Positions 1-12,599 of a DNA stretch of 64,000 nt are shown one piece after another (position 1 is the first letter of the stretch; each line of letters opens with the position of its first letter). The stretch comes from Octopus vulgaris (lineage: Eukaryota): NCBI GenBank assembly GCA_951406725.2, contig OX597815.1, positions 119,536,001-119,600,000 of the forward strand, in the 5' to 3' direction. The position numbers were made by a program, and so were the translations under genes. The notes below the pieces were generated by a model that worked only from the letters and a program-made list of their open reading frames with translations, did not search any database and was not told where the DNA came from.

Positions 1-337
1 TTTGGAGAAACAAAAGATCTTTGTTTATCCTTCATTGTATTTCATATGTTGACAGATGGGTCAATCTGATTAAAGCTAACCCATGTCATAATGGGAAAAT
101 ATTAAATGGAAATTGAAATAATAGTGATTTGAAGTTGAATATGGTGGTACTTTAGCTTGAAGTTTGTGCATTTAATCTTAGAATATGGAGAAGACAAAAG
201 CACAATCATTTATCTTATAGGCTTTGATTGGAAATTACCAATTGTGTACTAAGTTTTGCTTATGTTCCACATAAATAAGCATACTATACAAGATGGGGGT
301 ATATTAAATTGGCTAATTCAATAAGCATTCTATGAGT

Positions 338-340
<3 letters not shown>

Positions 341-384
<44 letters not shown>
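341..384. repeat. (AC)n microsatellite
   Basis: Perfect dinucleotide run. Confidence 0.97.
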
Positions 385-387
<3 letters not shown>

Positions 388-793
388 GAGTTATTCTAGC
401 ATTTAGGACTTAGGCTATGCCCTTTATTTTTGCATTTCCTCTTTCATCAAGTTTTTAAAAAATTCTTTTATTGCTTTTATGCAGACCTAAGTTCAACACT
501 ATGAATTTCCTAAACAGCTATTATTCCATTACAGAACATCTTTACCAATTTACATTCTACAAATCATGGGTATTCAAATATACGTTCAGCTAAACAACAT
601 GAGGTTTCGAATCCAACACTCTGCTTTCAAAAATTGGATATGTCTGGTAAAGCAAAATTACTCACAAGAAAGTAAATAACTGAAATGTTGTTTTAAGAAA
701 CAAAACATGATGAATGCTATCAGTCAATAGCAAATGGTAAGTTGCCAGATGTAGTAGTAACCTACTTTCCAACTTTGTTCGTTTTAGTCTGAG

Positions 794-812
794 AGTGTGT
801 GAGAGAGAATGA

Positions 813-864
<52 letters not shown>

Positions 865-890
865 ACAATATCATCATCATCATCATCATT
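794..890. repeat. (GA)n plus (ATC)n compound microsatellite
   Basis: Direct inspection; it explains the low-complexity ORF 662..916. Confidence 0.95.
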
Positions 891-2923
891 GCTGACAACA
901 AAGATAATGACATCATAGATGGATGATGATAGCAGTTGCAAGGATACAGAGAGGACTAAAATGTCAAAAATGTCTTGTTAGGTCAAACATTAGCTTCTAT
1001 AGTCTTGTATAGTATATTTGCTGAAGAAGAATGCATAACTGTGCAGCATCACACACACACACACACACACAAGTGTATATGTATTTATGTATGCATATAT
1101 GTGAATAAATATATATATATATATGTATGTTATATGCATGCATATATACAAGCATACATATATCAAAGATAACGTTAAGGAACATAAAACAAAGCGTCAA
1201 GGTCTAAAATAACAATAAAAGAACAACAATAAAGAATAAGAGTGTGTGGAATGAGGACTAGAATCCAATTATATGAAGACTTAAAAATAAAACAATCAAG
1301 AAATAACTAATTTCTACATGCCTGCACAATGTATGCAGCTAGAATATCTCAAAATTACAACTGTCAAACAGAAGTCTGAGACAAATTATTTATTTTTATT
1401 TATTTTTTGACAAAACTTTTTAAACAAACAGATGTAAATATACATTTCAGCTCTCTCTTGTGCAGGTAGAAAAAAAACAAAACAATTTACCCCATTCTCC
1501 TTCCATCCAAATATTTTACAATGTTTAAATTAGTTGAATAGTAGTTAAAACTCAAACATTTAAGTTCTACAAATGGTTCCCTGTCCCTAAAATCTACCCA
1601 CTTAAACCCAAGAAGCAGATACTTCACTATTTTTCTTTCCTGTCAAAGGCGAGCTGACCATATATATATATATATACATAAAAGTTGCTATGTATTTATC
1701 AAGAAGAAGGGGGGTGATGTGTGCATATATATATATACATACATACATATACATACATCTACACCCACATATCAATTGATATATAAAACATATTTTATTG
1801 ATTTTCTGTTTAATTACTTAAAAGAGTGTCAGAAGGGGTCATATAAAATGCCATTCATATCAATATCAATAACAATTAGTTATAAACTTGGTTAACAGTA
1901 CACTGTTCTTCATTTCTGCTCAATTCTATGTAATCAAAGAGTCAAAACTGTTTGAATCTATCTCATAGATACAAGCTCAATCTTTTCTATGAGCAAAAAT
2001 TCAAGTTCATCAACCTAATTTGGCCTTAAAGCAACAGTAAGATTTTGCACCTAAATCCAATTAATATTACTGGAGTTTAAATTAACATCCTATTGTTTTG
2101 CTAATGACAAAAATGAATAGTGAAGCAAAATATTAAAAAAAATTCAACATGTCTTGACTGATATTTTATCTAAAAAGGCAGAGAGCTTGAAGCGACACTC
2201 AACACCCAACCTGCCAACCCCATCCTCATTTGTATCTCCCAAAACACAAGAAATGGGTGTGTGGGTGGGGGATATAAAATGAAAACTTTGAAACTAATAA
2301 AAGAACAAAATATATTTTGCAAGAATATTCAACTGACACGTGTCAGAGAAAAGAATTAGGTACCGACCAAGTCTCAAGGCGAGATAATCTTAGTGCAACA
2401 GATTGTCTTCAGAGAGAAGTTTGAACAAATAAGACTTGTTTTAATACTTGGGGGAGGGGGGAGGGAATGAGCAAGTGATTCTTATTTCAAGAAAAATAAA
2501 GCAAGAGATGATATAAATCTATCTGAATAAATGTATTGATGACAATGAAATTTGATTTGGATGACAAATGCCAATGAGTGAACTGGTAACAAAATGTTTA
2601 AGAGAAAGATTGAGAGGGATAGAATGGATTAAAGATAGATCTGAATAGACAAAGGAATGAAATCCTTAAAGACTTCTATCATGTCTGAATAATAAATACA
2701 AATGAAACCAAAAAAGTTCACTATTAGTCCTATGTCAAGACTATTTTTAATCGAGTCCAAACCAACTAAGTCACAATTTCTACATACTGCACCAATGATG
2801 ATTCCTTCACAACTATATGCATGCACGTAGGTATAGACATTTATTAAAAATAATTTTCACATTACATAAGAACTTAAAACAAAACTGGTTTCCAAATGAG
2901 GGCCTTGATTATTCATAATGTAC

Positions 2924-3153
2924 TTAACCTTTTTGATACCAACCTGCCCTAGACCAGCCCTGCTTCCACAAAACAAAATTTCTATATAAAGTGATCTAAA
3001 TTAAAATTTCTCATTACAATTCCCTGTTTAAATTATGTCTTAATCATCAGCTTAGTATTGGCCAAGATATTTTACTAAATTCTTTATTATTTTCAAAATC
3101 AATTGAAATAAAGAGAGTGTAGTGCAACAGAAATATGGTTACAAAAAGATTAA
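2924..3153 (+). mobile_element. TTAA-flanked MITE (piggyBac-like ends), family 1
   Basis: ttaacctttttgatacc...ggttacaaaaagattaa; homologous copies at ~18830, 21335 (opposite strand) and 44398. Confidence 0.7.
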
Positions 3154-3409
3154 GAACTAGGTTACCTGCCATGCAAGTCAGAATGTAGTTATTACTAAAA
3201 CATTTAATAAAGGAAAAACTACAGAAATTATGCCGCAACTCTCATAACAGGAGTTATACAAATATCTAAATTATCTTGTAGATTTTACGTGAACAACCAA
3301 ATGACAAACAGATGTGTCAAAACCAATGTTGCAGATCAACAGAAACAGCCAGAAAACATTTAGGAAATCACACTAGCTTAACATGAAAATACATCAACAA
3401 TGTCAAGTA

Positions 3410-3760
3410 TGTCTGTATGGTTAAGAAGCCTGCTTTGCAACTAGTGATTCCAGGTTCAATTCCACTGCTCAGTACCTTGGACAACTATCTTCTGCTTCAG
3501 TCTTTGACTGGCTAATTGCTTATGAGTGAAATTTGATATGTGGCTGCATGGTTAAGAGGTTTGCTTCGTAACCAGTGGTTCCAAGTTTAATTATTCCACT
3601 CCACAACACTGGGTGAGTGTCTTCTATTAGCCATGCACTGACTAATTCGTTGCAATTGGAATTTGGTGTATAGAAACTGTGCAGAAGCCCATAATGTGTA
3701 AGACTTCAATTTCTGGACTGAGTAGTGTGTTGTGTCCTTGAGCATTGTGTGTGTGTGTTT
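3410..3760 (+). mobile_element. Degenerate tandem tRNA-derived SINE heads (family A)
   Basis: Two copies of tggttaagaag..cttgct..ggttcaattccact, similar to the 8992 element. Confidence 0.65.
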
Positions 3761-5034
3761 GTGAGAGTGAGAGTGAGAGAGAGAGAGAGAGAGAGATTTG
3801 ATACAAGTAGGGTATGAGATGAGGAAGATTAGTCTGCTATTTCTAACAAACTAATCAAATGACAACACAGAGGCTTGCTAGTCTACAAAATATGTTTATA
3901 AAGACGGTACCCCATAGCAACATTGTTAGCATTACCAGCACACTCAGACGACGAGTAGACATCACTCTACAACTAAATATCAGCAACTAATTGCATATTA
4001 ATCTGTCCTTTTAGGAATAAATACATCAGCAGAAAACTTTTAACAACAAAGGAAAACATAACAACAAAACCAGAAACAACAACAGCAGCAATAACAACAT
4101 CATCATACCAGCACTATTAATAAAAGTAAAATACCACAACAAAGTTGGAGCAGTAACAAGTTGTGATCACAGAACAGAATATCTAGTCAGCTGTGTCTGT
4201 AACTCTTTAAAGATATTGATTTTTGGCCACACTAAACTTAGCTTCACTGTGTTAGTTTGCCCTTGCAGCAAGCCTGCACCACTAGCAGACAATGCAAATA
4301 CAAAGCTTTCAAGAAAGCAAATGGAAGAGGAGGAAGAGGAGGAGGAGGAATAACGTCTTTTCAGCTTTGTTTATAATATTTTTAATGTCTCAATGATGGA
4401 AAGAAAAGAGGGGAAAAAGGGAAGAAACAAAAACATAAAATTTCTTACATCATGAGTAACGATAGTAAATCTGCTGTTGATTTTGTAATTTAGTTATGAA
4501 ATCCTAGGTTTATAAAGAAGGGGGAATTGGAGGTGATAGTACTTACTGCTTTGCAAAAGCTGTTAGAGAAGAAATAAAAGAAATCCAAAGAAGAATGAGA
4601 AGTGAGTTAGAGATCTGATTTGCCAAGAATATACGGTTACACCAATTCCACAATAAAATATTATGGGCTGGTTTTGCTTACATATAGAGGCATTATTTTA
4701 GAGGAACAAGAAGTTGTGTCATTTATTTCCCTCCGTCCCCATACACACCTCAGGTATTGACTGCATGAGGAGTGAATGAAATAAACTATACTTCAGTTCT
4801 GATACATTGTGTGCTTATTTATGTCTGTCTGTAGTCAACAGCACTCATCATAATTAAATATTTGTTTATAACTAGAGGTCAAATATTTTAACTAATTAAC
4901 TATATTAATATTACTAATAGGATGAGCATTATTAGAGTAAGCTGCATATTAAAGCCCTAATAGAGTTTCAATACCTATTTGAAACTGTTGTCACATCACA
5001 TGGCTTTTACACCTAACCAAGAAGAAACATTATT

Positions 5035-5910
5035 AAGGCAGAGAGCTGCAAGAATTGTTAGAGCATCAAATGTTTAACAACATTTCTTCCTGCTCTTCAC
5101 TTTCTGGGTTTAACTACTGCCATGGTCAACTTTGCTTTCCATTCTTTTGGACTTATTAAGTATTGGGGTCAATATAATCTATAAACACCAGTTTCCTAAA
5201 ACTGCTGGCCTTGTGTATTATTATTACTATTATTATTATTAAGGCCGCAAGCTGGCAGAATCATTAGAATGCTGGGCAAAATGCTTAGTATTTTGTCTGA
5301 TGCTATGTTCTGAGTTCAAATTCCACTGAGGTTGATAAAATAAGTACCAGTTGAACACTGAGGTTGATGTAGTGGACTCATCCTCTCTCCCAAAATGGCT
5401 GCCCTGGTGGCAAAATTTGAAATCATTATTATCATTATTATTAGGTGGCGAGCTGGCAGAATTGTTAGAATACTGGGCGAAATCCTTAAAGTTATTTCAT
5501 CTGTCGCTATGTTTTGAGTTCAAATTCCACCGAGGTTGACTTTCCCTTTCATCCTTTTGGGGTCAATAAATTAAGTACCAGATGAGTACTGGGGGCCAAT
5601 GTAATTGACTATTCCCCTTCCCCAAATTTCAGGCCTTGTGCCTATAGTAGAAAGGATTATTATTATTATTATTATTAAGGCGGCAAGCTGGCAGAATTAT
5701 TAGCATGCTGGACGAAATGCTTAATGGTATTTTGCCCATTGCTAGAATTCAAATTTCAGAGTAGATGAAATAAGAACCAGTGAAACACTGGGGTCGATGT
5801 AATCGGCTAGTCCCCTCACACCAAATTTCAGGCCATGTGCCTATCTTAGAAAATCATCACCATCCTGCAAAGGTCAATAAAACAAAGTACCAGACAAGTA
5901 CTAGAGAGTG
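5035..5910 (+). mobile_element. Head-to-tail array of 4-5 tRNA-derived SINEs (family B, Nin-like central domain)
   Basis: Units start at ~5035, 5241, 5443 and 5677 (aaggcggcgagctggcagaa; B-box gagttcaaattcc; core cctttcatccttttggggtcaataaattaagtacc); each ends in (ATT)n. Confidence 0.88.
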
Positions 5911-7099
5911 CTAATCAATTTAATGTCCGTTTTCTATAAAGGTTTACAAGTTAATACTGTCTTACTTTTGTGTTAGCAGCACAATGTTCTCGTTTTTAAG
6001 TTCATTTACAGATTTTCTATAGTGTTCAGAGCCAGCACTGAAAGTTCCCATTTCATGTATGAATACATCTATGTAAACAATATGATCAAAGATAGAACAA
6101 ATAGGTAATGGGTGCACATGCATATTTCAAGAGTTATTGCTCTTTGATCAGCACCATATAGATGAAATATAACAGCAATGTAGGAAGATAGGTGATTTCA
6201 AATAAAGCTACATAATCTACAGAGAGATTTTTGATTCAGTTAATATCATATGCAGGCCTTTTTCAGACAGAATTATTCTGAACTCAACAGACCTTTCAAT
6301 CAAGTTTTGATCTCTGATACACTACCTAAAGCTTTGCTAGGATATGTTCTGGCATAGCTGTTTTGGCATCACATATTCAATGCTAACTTATTTGACATTA
6401 GACATTTTAATGCTTCCCCCCCTTCTTTCCTCTCCTTTCCCCCACCCCTCTCTCAATGCACATGAGCATATTTCGCTGTGTATGAAAGTGAAAGTGTTTG
6501 TCGATCATGTTCCATAAATAAACTGTAATGTCCCCCATCTCTCTCTTTCTCTCTCGTGTGTATTTTTCTGCACATGTGCATACGGGTGTATATGTGTTAG
6601 CTTCCAGTGCTAAAACATAACTGTCACCACAAAAGCTGAATGTCCAGCCAGCCATGCCAAACTGTCAGTGTATACAGACAGATACGCCCAATTGTCTCAT
6701 TCCAGTTTTGCTATAACAGTAGATCATACCTCATTACCACAAAAATTTAAAATCAAATCTTGGTTAAAGATTTATTGAATGAACACAATATGTATGTTGT
6801 AGCTTTTTAAAAGGGATACAAAGGTGAAGAAAGCTGAAAAGGCTGTGTATGTACATAAGTATCTCTATATGCATGTATATTAACACGGGAAAGATGAGAA
6901 AGACAAAAGAAGATATTAGGTTGCTACTGGCTCTCTAAAATAGTTGGCAGGTGTCAGAGAATCAGTTGAAAGAATTGAATATTCTGAACTAAAATATAGT
7001 AAAGGCTTTGCATGTGAGATTATGTTTTAGTAGGTGAAACTATTTACTGTTGCAAAATGCAAGAACACTGATGGAACTGTTCAAACACTACAGCATAGC

Positions 7100-8280
7100 A
7101 GGACTGCATGAGAGCAGAGAAAAAGTAACACAACAAATAAATGAATAAATTTCAAAACTTAAGGTGTGTCGAAAGAAGGAAAAAGAAAAAAAGTGGAGAA
7201 ATGGGTAAGAAAGAGGAGGGTGCTTAAGAGAAGACCAAGATATATAGGTGCATAGCAGTACAAGGAGAAGGTGATTGGGCAGGGGCTGATGGGAGAAGAT
7301 GGAATAAAAACAGATTGTATGTTTTATGGAGCTAGAAATGGAGGTAGGGGTAGAGAGGTAGAAGGGGAGATGGTGGGTTGGGATGGGGCAGACAGAAGGG
7401 AAAGGGATGGAGGAAATGTGAGGAAATGAAAGAAGGAAAGGAGAACTAGAGAAGCAAGAGGGAAGAGAAGAGATGGACAAAAAGAGGTTAATTAGAAAAA
7501 GGTATAAAAAAAAGTGGAAGGGGAAGATGGAAGGAAAAAAAACAAAAACAAAAAATAATAATAAAAGAGGTGTGTAAGATTTAAGACAGAAGGAGGTAAG
7601 AGTAGTAAAAGGGGGAAGGGGTTAAATAGAGACATGTTGGAAGTGTGTTAGAGGGAGTAAAATGGTAAGTAGAAGAAGAATTTATGGGAGGTGATAAGGA
7701 GGTGGAAACAGAAGCAAAATAATAAAAGTTTTAAACAAAGGTAGGCAACATTGATGGGGGGAGGGGGGCACAGAGAAGACAGAATTCAAAATAATGGAGA
7801 AAGACTAAGATGACCATGGTAGATGAGATACCAATGGAACAGCAGGGGTGAGTGGGATGTGAATGAGACAGGTGGAGCAGGAGAGGAGGGTAAAGGTGGG
7901 ACAGAAGATAAGATAAGAATAAGAGATTGTAGGAAGAAAAGATGAGGACTTGACAGTTGGGAAAAAGAAATAACAGTGGTTAAGTGATAGTTATGAGAGA
8001 GAATACCATCTGAAAAAGGTAGGTAAGATGAGCTAAGGTGCTAAGACAAAGAAACATAATAGTAATAAGGAAATGAGAGAGAGAGAGAGAGAATAGATAA
8101 TGAGAAGAGAGAGATAGGAAGACAGGCAATAACTGTTAGTGTTGAGTTAAGGTTAGTTGATAATTGAAAAAGCAATCTTGAAAGAGTAGTTAAGATACAC
8201 ACAGAAAAGAAAGTCATCAGAAGAGACTTGACTAAAATGAAAGTCTTACATGAAACAGAAAGAACAAATAAAGTAACTAT
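7100..8280 (+). repeat. ~1.2 kb purine-rich low-complexity tract
   Basis: Strong A/G strand skew with no fixed unit; it explains ORF 7088..7480. Confidence 0.8.
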
Positions 8281-8306
8281 TTGCAGGTAGTTAAAAATTA
8301 TCAGTT

Positions 8307-8357
8307 TTATTATTATTATTATTATTAATAATAATAATAATAATAATAATAATGATG

Positions 8358-8391
<34 letters not shown>

Positions 8392-8398
8392 TAATAAA

Positions 8399-8433
<35 letters not shown>
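8307..8433. repeat. (TTA)n-(TAA)n microsatellite
   Basis: Trinucleotide run that switches strand at 8326/8327. Confidence 0.95.
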
Positions 8434-8434
<1 letters not shown>

Positions 8435-8559
8435 CACCAACTGTATAAAAGTAATGAAACATCAACATTTTTGTAAGTGTAACTTTTCAATTTCAAGAAT
8501 GTAATTGAAAGAAAAAGGAAGTGGAAGAGGATTAACTCGAATATCATTCGCAGTTTACA

Positions 8560-8900
8560 GGTTCCATTGCACCAAAAGTTGAGAAGGAGACAAGGGCTCA
8601 CACATTATGGCGCCTTGGGTGAGCATCTTCCACTATAGCGTCTGGCCAATCAAAGCCTTGTGAGGAGGTTTGGTAAAAGGAAACTAAAAAAAAAAACAGT
8701 CCGTCATGTGTGTGTGTCTGTGCCCCTTTGTCTGGACCTTCATTTCTAATCAGTGAAAAATATGTCTGCCATGGAATTTATTACCTTCTTGGAAACTGGT
8801 GAGGGTTGGCAGCAAAAAGAGCATCCGACCATAGAATATTTATCTTAACAAATTCCACCTGACCTATGAAAGCCTGGAAGAATGAACATTAAAATGAATG
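8560..8900 (+). mobile_element. Degenerate SINE: family A head with RTE-type 3' tail
   Basis: ccttgggtgagcatcttccactatagc...aaagccttgtgag, then gagggttggcagc...gcatccgaccatag...aacattaaaatg. Confidence 0.65.
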
Positions 8901-8991
8901 TATGTTTGATCTGGGTTGACTTGAAAACTCCAGAGTGAACGCTCATTATCTCATACTAAAGATTTCTGTAAGATTTTTATACATATATAAA

Positions 8992-9393
8992 GGCACAGGT
9001 GTGGCTGTGTGGTAACAAGCTTGCTTCCCAACCACATGGTTCCAGGTTCAGTCCCACTGTGTCGCACCTTGGGCAAGTGTCTTCTACTATAGCCTCAGGT
9101 CAACCAAAGCCTTGTGAATGGATTTGGTAGATGGAAACTGAAAGAAGCCCATCATATGTAAGTGTGTGTGTGTGTGCATGTTTGTTTGTCTGTGTTTGTC
9201 CCACCACTATCGATTAACAACCAATGTTGGTGTGTTTATACTCCCCGTAACTCAGCGGTTCGGCAAAAGAGACCAATAGAATAAGTACTAGGCTTACAAA
9301 GAATAAGTCCCAGGGTCGAATTGTTCAAATAAAGTTGGTGCTCCAGCATAGCCGCAGTCAAATGACTGAAACAAGTAAAATAATAAAAGAATA
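8992..9393 (+). mobile_element. Full-length tRNA-derived SINE, family A (Octopus-type)
   Basis: A-box-like tggctgtgtggt, B-box ggttcagtccc, internal (TG)n, A-rich tail acaagtaaaataataaaag; closely similar to 62991-63390. Confidence 0.92.
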
Positions 9394-9408
9394 TAATATG
9401 CACATGAA

Positions 9409-9622
9409 TTAGCATTCAGATTATTCTGTCAAATGTGATGCTGATTTATTCTGTCTTCTGAATTAATCATGCATTATCTTGTAGCTTCGAGATTTCAATG
9501 ATGTGAATATTTATTTTTAGAATGACATTGTAGCATAAGTGTGAGAGGCTGGATCTGGCCAGCTTGATCATAAAACAGGTGGAGTATTTGGACCGGATAT
9601 GGCTAGTTTAAATACTAAAGGG
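9409..9622 (+). mobile_element. MITE family 2 (ccctttagcatt / aatgctaaaggg termini)
   Basis: tagcattcagattattctgtcaaatg...tttaaatactaaaggg; copies at 34330, 38426, 50805, 58365 and 60681. Confidence 0.8.
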
Positions 9623-10479
9623 CCATATTTCAAAAAAAAAAATCCATATACAATAGGTTTTCTAAGAATATTTAAGAAGCCATTGCCTCTTCAATTGTCC
9701 CTCTTATTCTTCAACTGTCAATAAATTTGACTGCTAGATTTTTTTTTTTATGACTACATCTGCTTCGATTGCAAACCTAAAGTCAGTCTATGAAGTTGTT
9801 TTCATTCAATACTGAAATTATACTTCTTTTTGTGGTATTCTCTCTTATCATCACCCTTCACTGACATTTGTGCGCCAGAAGACTATAGAAGTCTGTTAAT
9901 TATTTTAAGAGACAATATTAATTTCATTTTTACTTAAAACTCAATTTGATTCTAGTATTCAGTTCAAAGGTTATTTCTCTACAATATTTTCTCACCCTCT
10001 TTTTTTTTCCCTATATAAACACACACATCTATATACTTCCACTATCATCCTCCTCATAACTATTCATAGACAGACAGTTCCCAATCTCCTCACTGTCATT
10101 TCGTTCAGATATTTCTTAAGTAAGTTCTTTAAGTGTCACTGGTTAGTCAGTTCAAAAAAATTAGCAAAGCAAATATTCAAGATAGAATTCAAAAACAGAG
10201 ACAACAAGAGGCAACAAATAAATATCAGTCCTGCTTTAATGTTGATGCTTCCAGATACACCAGGAGCAGGAAGTAACAAAAAGAAGTGTGCACTGTGTAG
10301 AGTCTCTTTCTGCACTAACGAGCAGACATAAGGAAACTTAGAAACAATTTTATGCATGCCTCAGTACTGATGTTGCAGTCATTCTATGACCAGACAAGAG
10401 TCTGCTGAAGGAAAACAAGTAAACAAAACCTACTATCATTCATTATAGCCAACTTGTTAAATGCTGCAGTCAATTATAC

Positions 10480-11290
10480 AGTAAGCACGAGATGCTCTTC
10501 TTTTAGTGTTTTGTAATTGGTTATACGTCAAAGGTATACCAATATTGTAAATGTGAAGAAGTGAAACATGCTGAATGTATTATTTCAGTATTGTAGCATA
10601 CCTTTCAGGGCCACTGAAAATACTGTAGTTAGCATACACAGAAGAGTCCTAACATTTCCCATAGATGATTAGAGTGTATGGCTCAGTATGTCAGACATCT
10701 TTTAGGGTTTGCACCTAAACATAAATGAGCTTCGTGCCAACAGTCAAAGTACAGGATAAGCTTACTATTGGACTGGATCATTCAACTCCAAGTAATTGAG
10801 CCTCAAGAATTCTTGTAAGCTCTTTTCTTTTCTTTTAATTTTTGTCGGAAATATGCATCAACAGGATACTGTTGTAATTACATGAAAGACACCAGATTTT
10901 ATATCATACTGTGGCACCAAGATATGAACCATTTTACAAATAATTAAGTAAACATTTCTAAATATGTACTTGTAGCTGGTCCTTGCTGTGGACTCCAGAT
11001 ATTCATTGATATAGATAAGTGACTACAAGGACAACATTCAGTGAACCAAACTTCTATGGAGTTGCCTTTGATTATGGGTAACCAAATGTGTAGAAAGAGA
11101 GAAGCACTGACCTAAAATTTCTGGACAACAAGTAAAAAATACATACAAATTACATGCTCTTCAGTATCCACTCATCTATGTGCCTGGACAAGATGGATAT
11201 CTCTCAGGAATAGTTTCACAGACTGAGTGAACAAAAACTGTATCATAAATGGACTGTTATGTATACCATTTCATAGTTCAAAATAATTGT
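10480..11290 (+). pseudogene. Decayed Helitron Rep/helicase N-terminal coding fragment
   Basis: Collinear motifs across frameshifts and stops: ES*HFP*MIRVY (10644), FVPTVKVQ (10731), IFIDIDK*LQGQH, HALQYPLIYVPGQDGY (11153). These resemble Helitron HFL..IR.YN, FMPTFKVQGQ and DALQYPL...GEDGY. Confidence 0.8.
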
Positions 11291-11479
11291 TTCAACCACT
11301 TGTAAAATTTTATTTTGCCTATATATTATTGTTATATACACCAAGGAGACAGAAAGGTTTGTAGTAGATAGTCAGCACTGTATTAACCCATTAAACAAAA
11401 TAAGCATATGCTTAGGGCATTGAGAGATGGGGACACCACAGAAATGAAAATGGTTTATGGCACGAATGAAATCACTTTA

Positions 11480-11791
11480 AATTTGCTAAAATAATATTCG
11501 TAATGCCTTATCTCTACTAAATAGAGAAGCAGAAATTTTAAGTAAAATCAATTTTAACGATATCATCAAAGACTTTGCAATTAAAACAAAAACAAAAAAT
11601 GAAGGAAAAACTTTTCAAATATAAATAAAATGGAAGCATTCAAAAATAAACATTATTTTCCAACTTACTGTGAATTTTGTTTTATTTTGAAAAATAAAAA
11701 TTTATTTTATGGTTTATTATTGTTTACATTTTGAACCATTTACATATAATTGAGGGTATCAAAACCCTCTATGGGTCTTAATCTGGCCCTG
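11480..11791 (+). mobile_element. 3' end of a hAT (ZMYM1/Tip100-like) DNA transposon
   Basis: NALSLLNREAEILSKINFNDIIKDFA (11502-11579) resembles the hAT C-terminal dimerisation end; terminus ttaatctggccctg is the reverse complement of a CAGGGCC-type TIR. Confidence 0.75.
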
Positions 11792-11829
11792 TATATAGCA
11801 AGAGCAAGTGTAGTAGTATGAAGGCATGC

Positions 11830-12068
11830 ACTGTAATACTGCGTTGCTACATCCACTGTCTGTTAGTGATTCTCTAAACCTGACAGATGACATCTTTGCA
11901 CCACTCAGGCAAATACCCTCCAACCCATGGGTCTGTTTGGGTAGCCATTACTGGTGAGGGTTTTATGAGGTTGGAGTGTAACTCCTACTGCAACCTCTTT
12001 TAGTTGCCTTTAACGACACACAAAGGAAGTGCTGGGCCTACCCTTTGACATGTTGGTCCCCACACAGT
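11830..12068 (-). mobile_element. Possible 5' leader of an RTE-type retroelement
   Basis: Minus strand gtgggga...taggccc...tgtgtcgttaaaggcaactaaaagagg resembles the gtcgtaagaggcgactaaaagg motif I recall from RTE 5' ends. Confidence 0.4.
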
Positions 12069-12194
12069 GATATAGACACAGAAAATAGAATAGCATCAAC
12101 TAATACACTCAGCTTAGAGAGGGCATCAACAATGGCGGAGGCAGAGGTAGTAGTCAGTTGTGCATTCTCTCAGCTACTTTCAAACAAAAGTCCA

Positions 12195-12196
<2 letters not shown>

Positions 12197-12260
<64 letters not shown>
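12197..12260. repeat. (TA)n microsatellite
   Basis: Perfect run of ~32 units. Confidence 0.97.
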
Positions 12261-12263
<3 letters not shown>

Positions 12264-12599
12264 CATGATACTATGACCTATGTTGGGGCTAATGGTAAGT
12301 TTGATCTCTTCATCACATCCATTTGCTATCTTGCTTGAAAAGGAGTGAGTGATGAGCTTTTCCCAGGGCAATCTGCTAAGAGCTAAGAGAATTTGCTGGC
12401 CAGAGTTTTTCAACAAAAACTCATCAAAATTATGTGATGCAGGACATCTTCAATGCAACAGGATGTAGTATGTACACTCAGTAAAGAGGCCTTTTCATAC
12501 ATGCACATTTAGCTAAAACAGAAATTTGGATGTAACTATCTTCAACAAACTGTGTTTTTATTTGAAGCAAAAGACAAGATGGTAGTATATAATGTGTTC

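Noticed and set aside
8992-9070. tRNA genes
   Set aside because: A- and B-box-like heads belong to SINEs; no complete cloverleaf found
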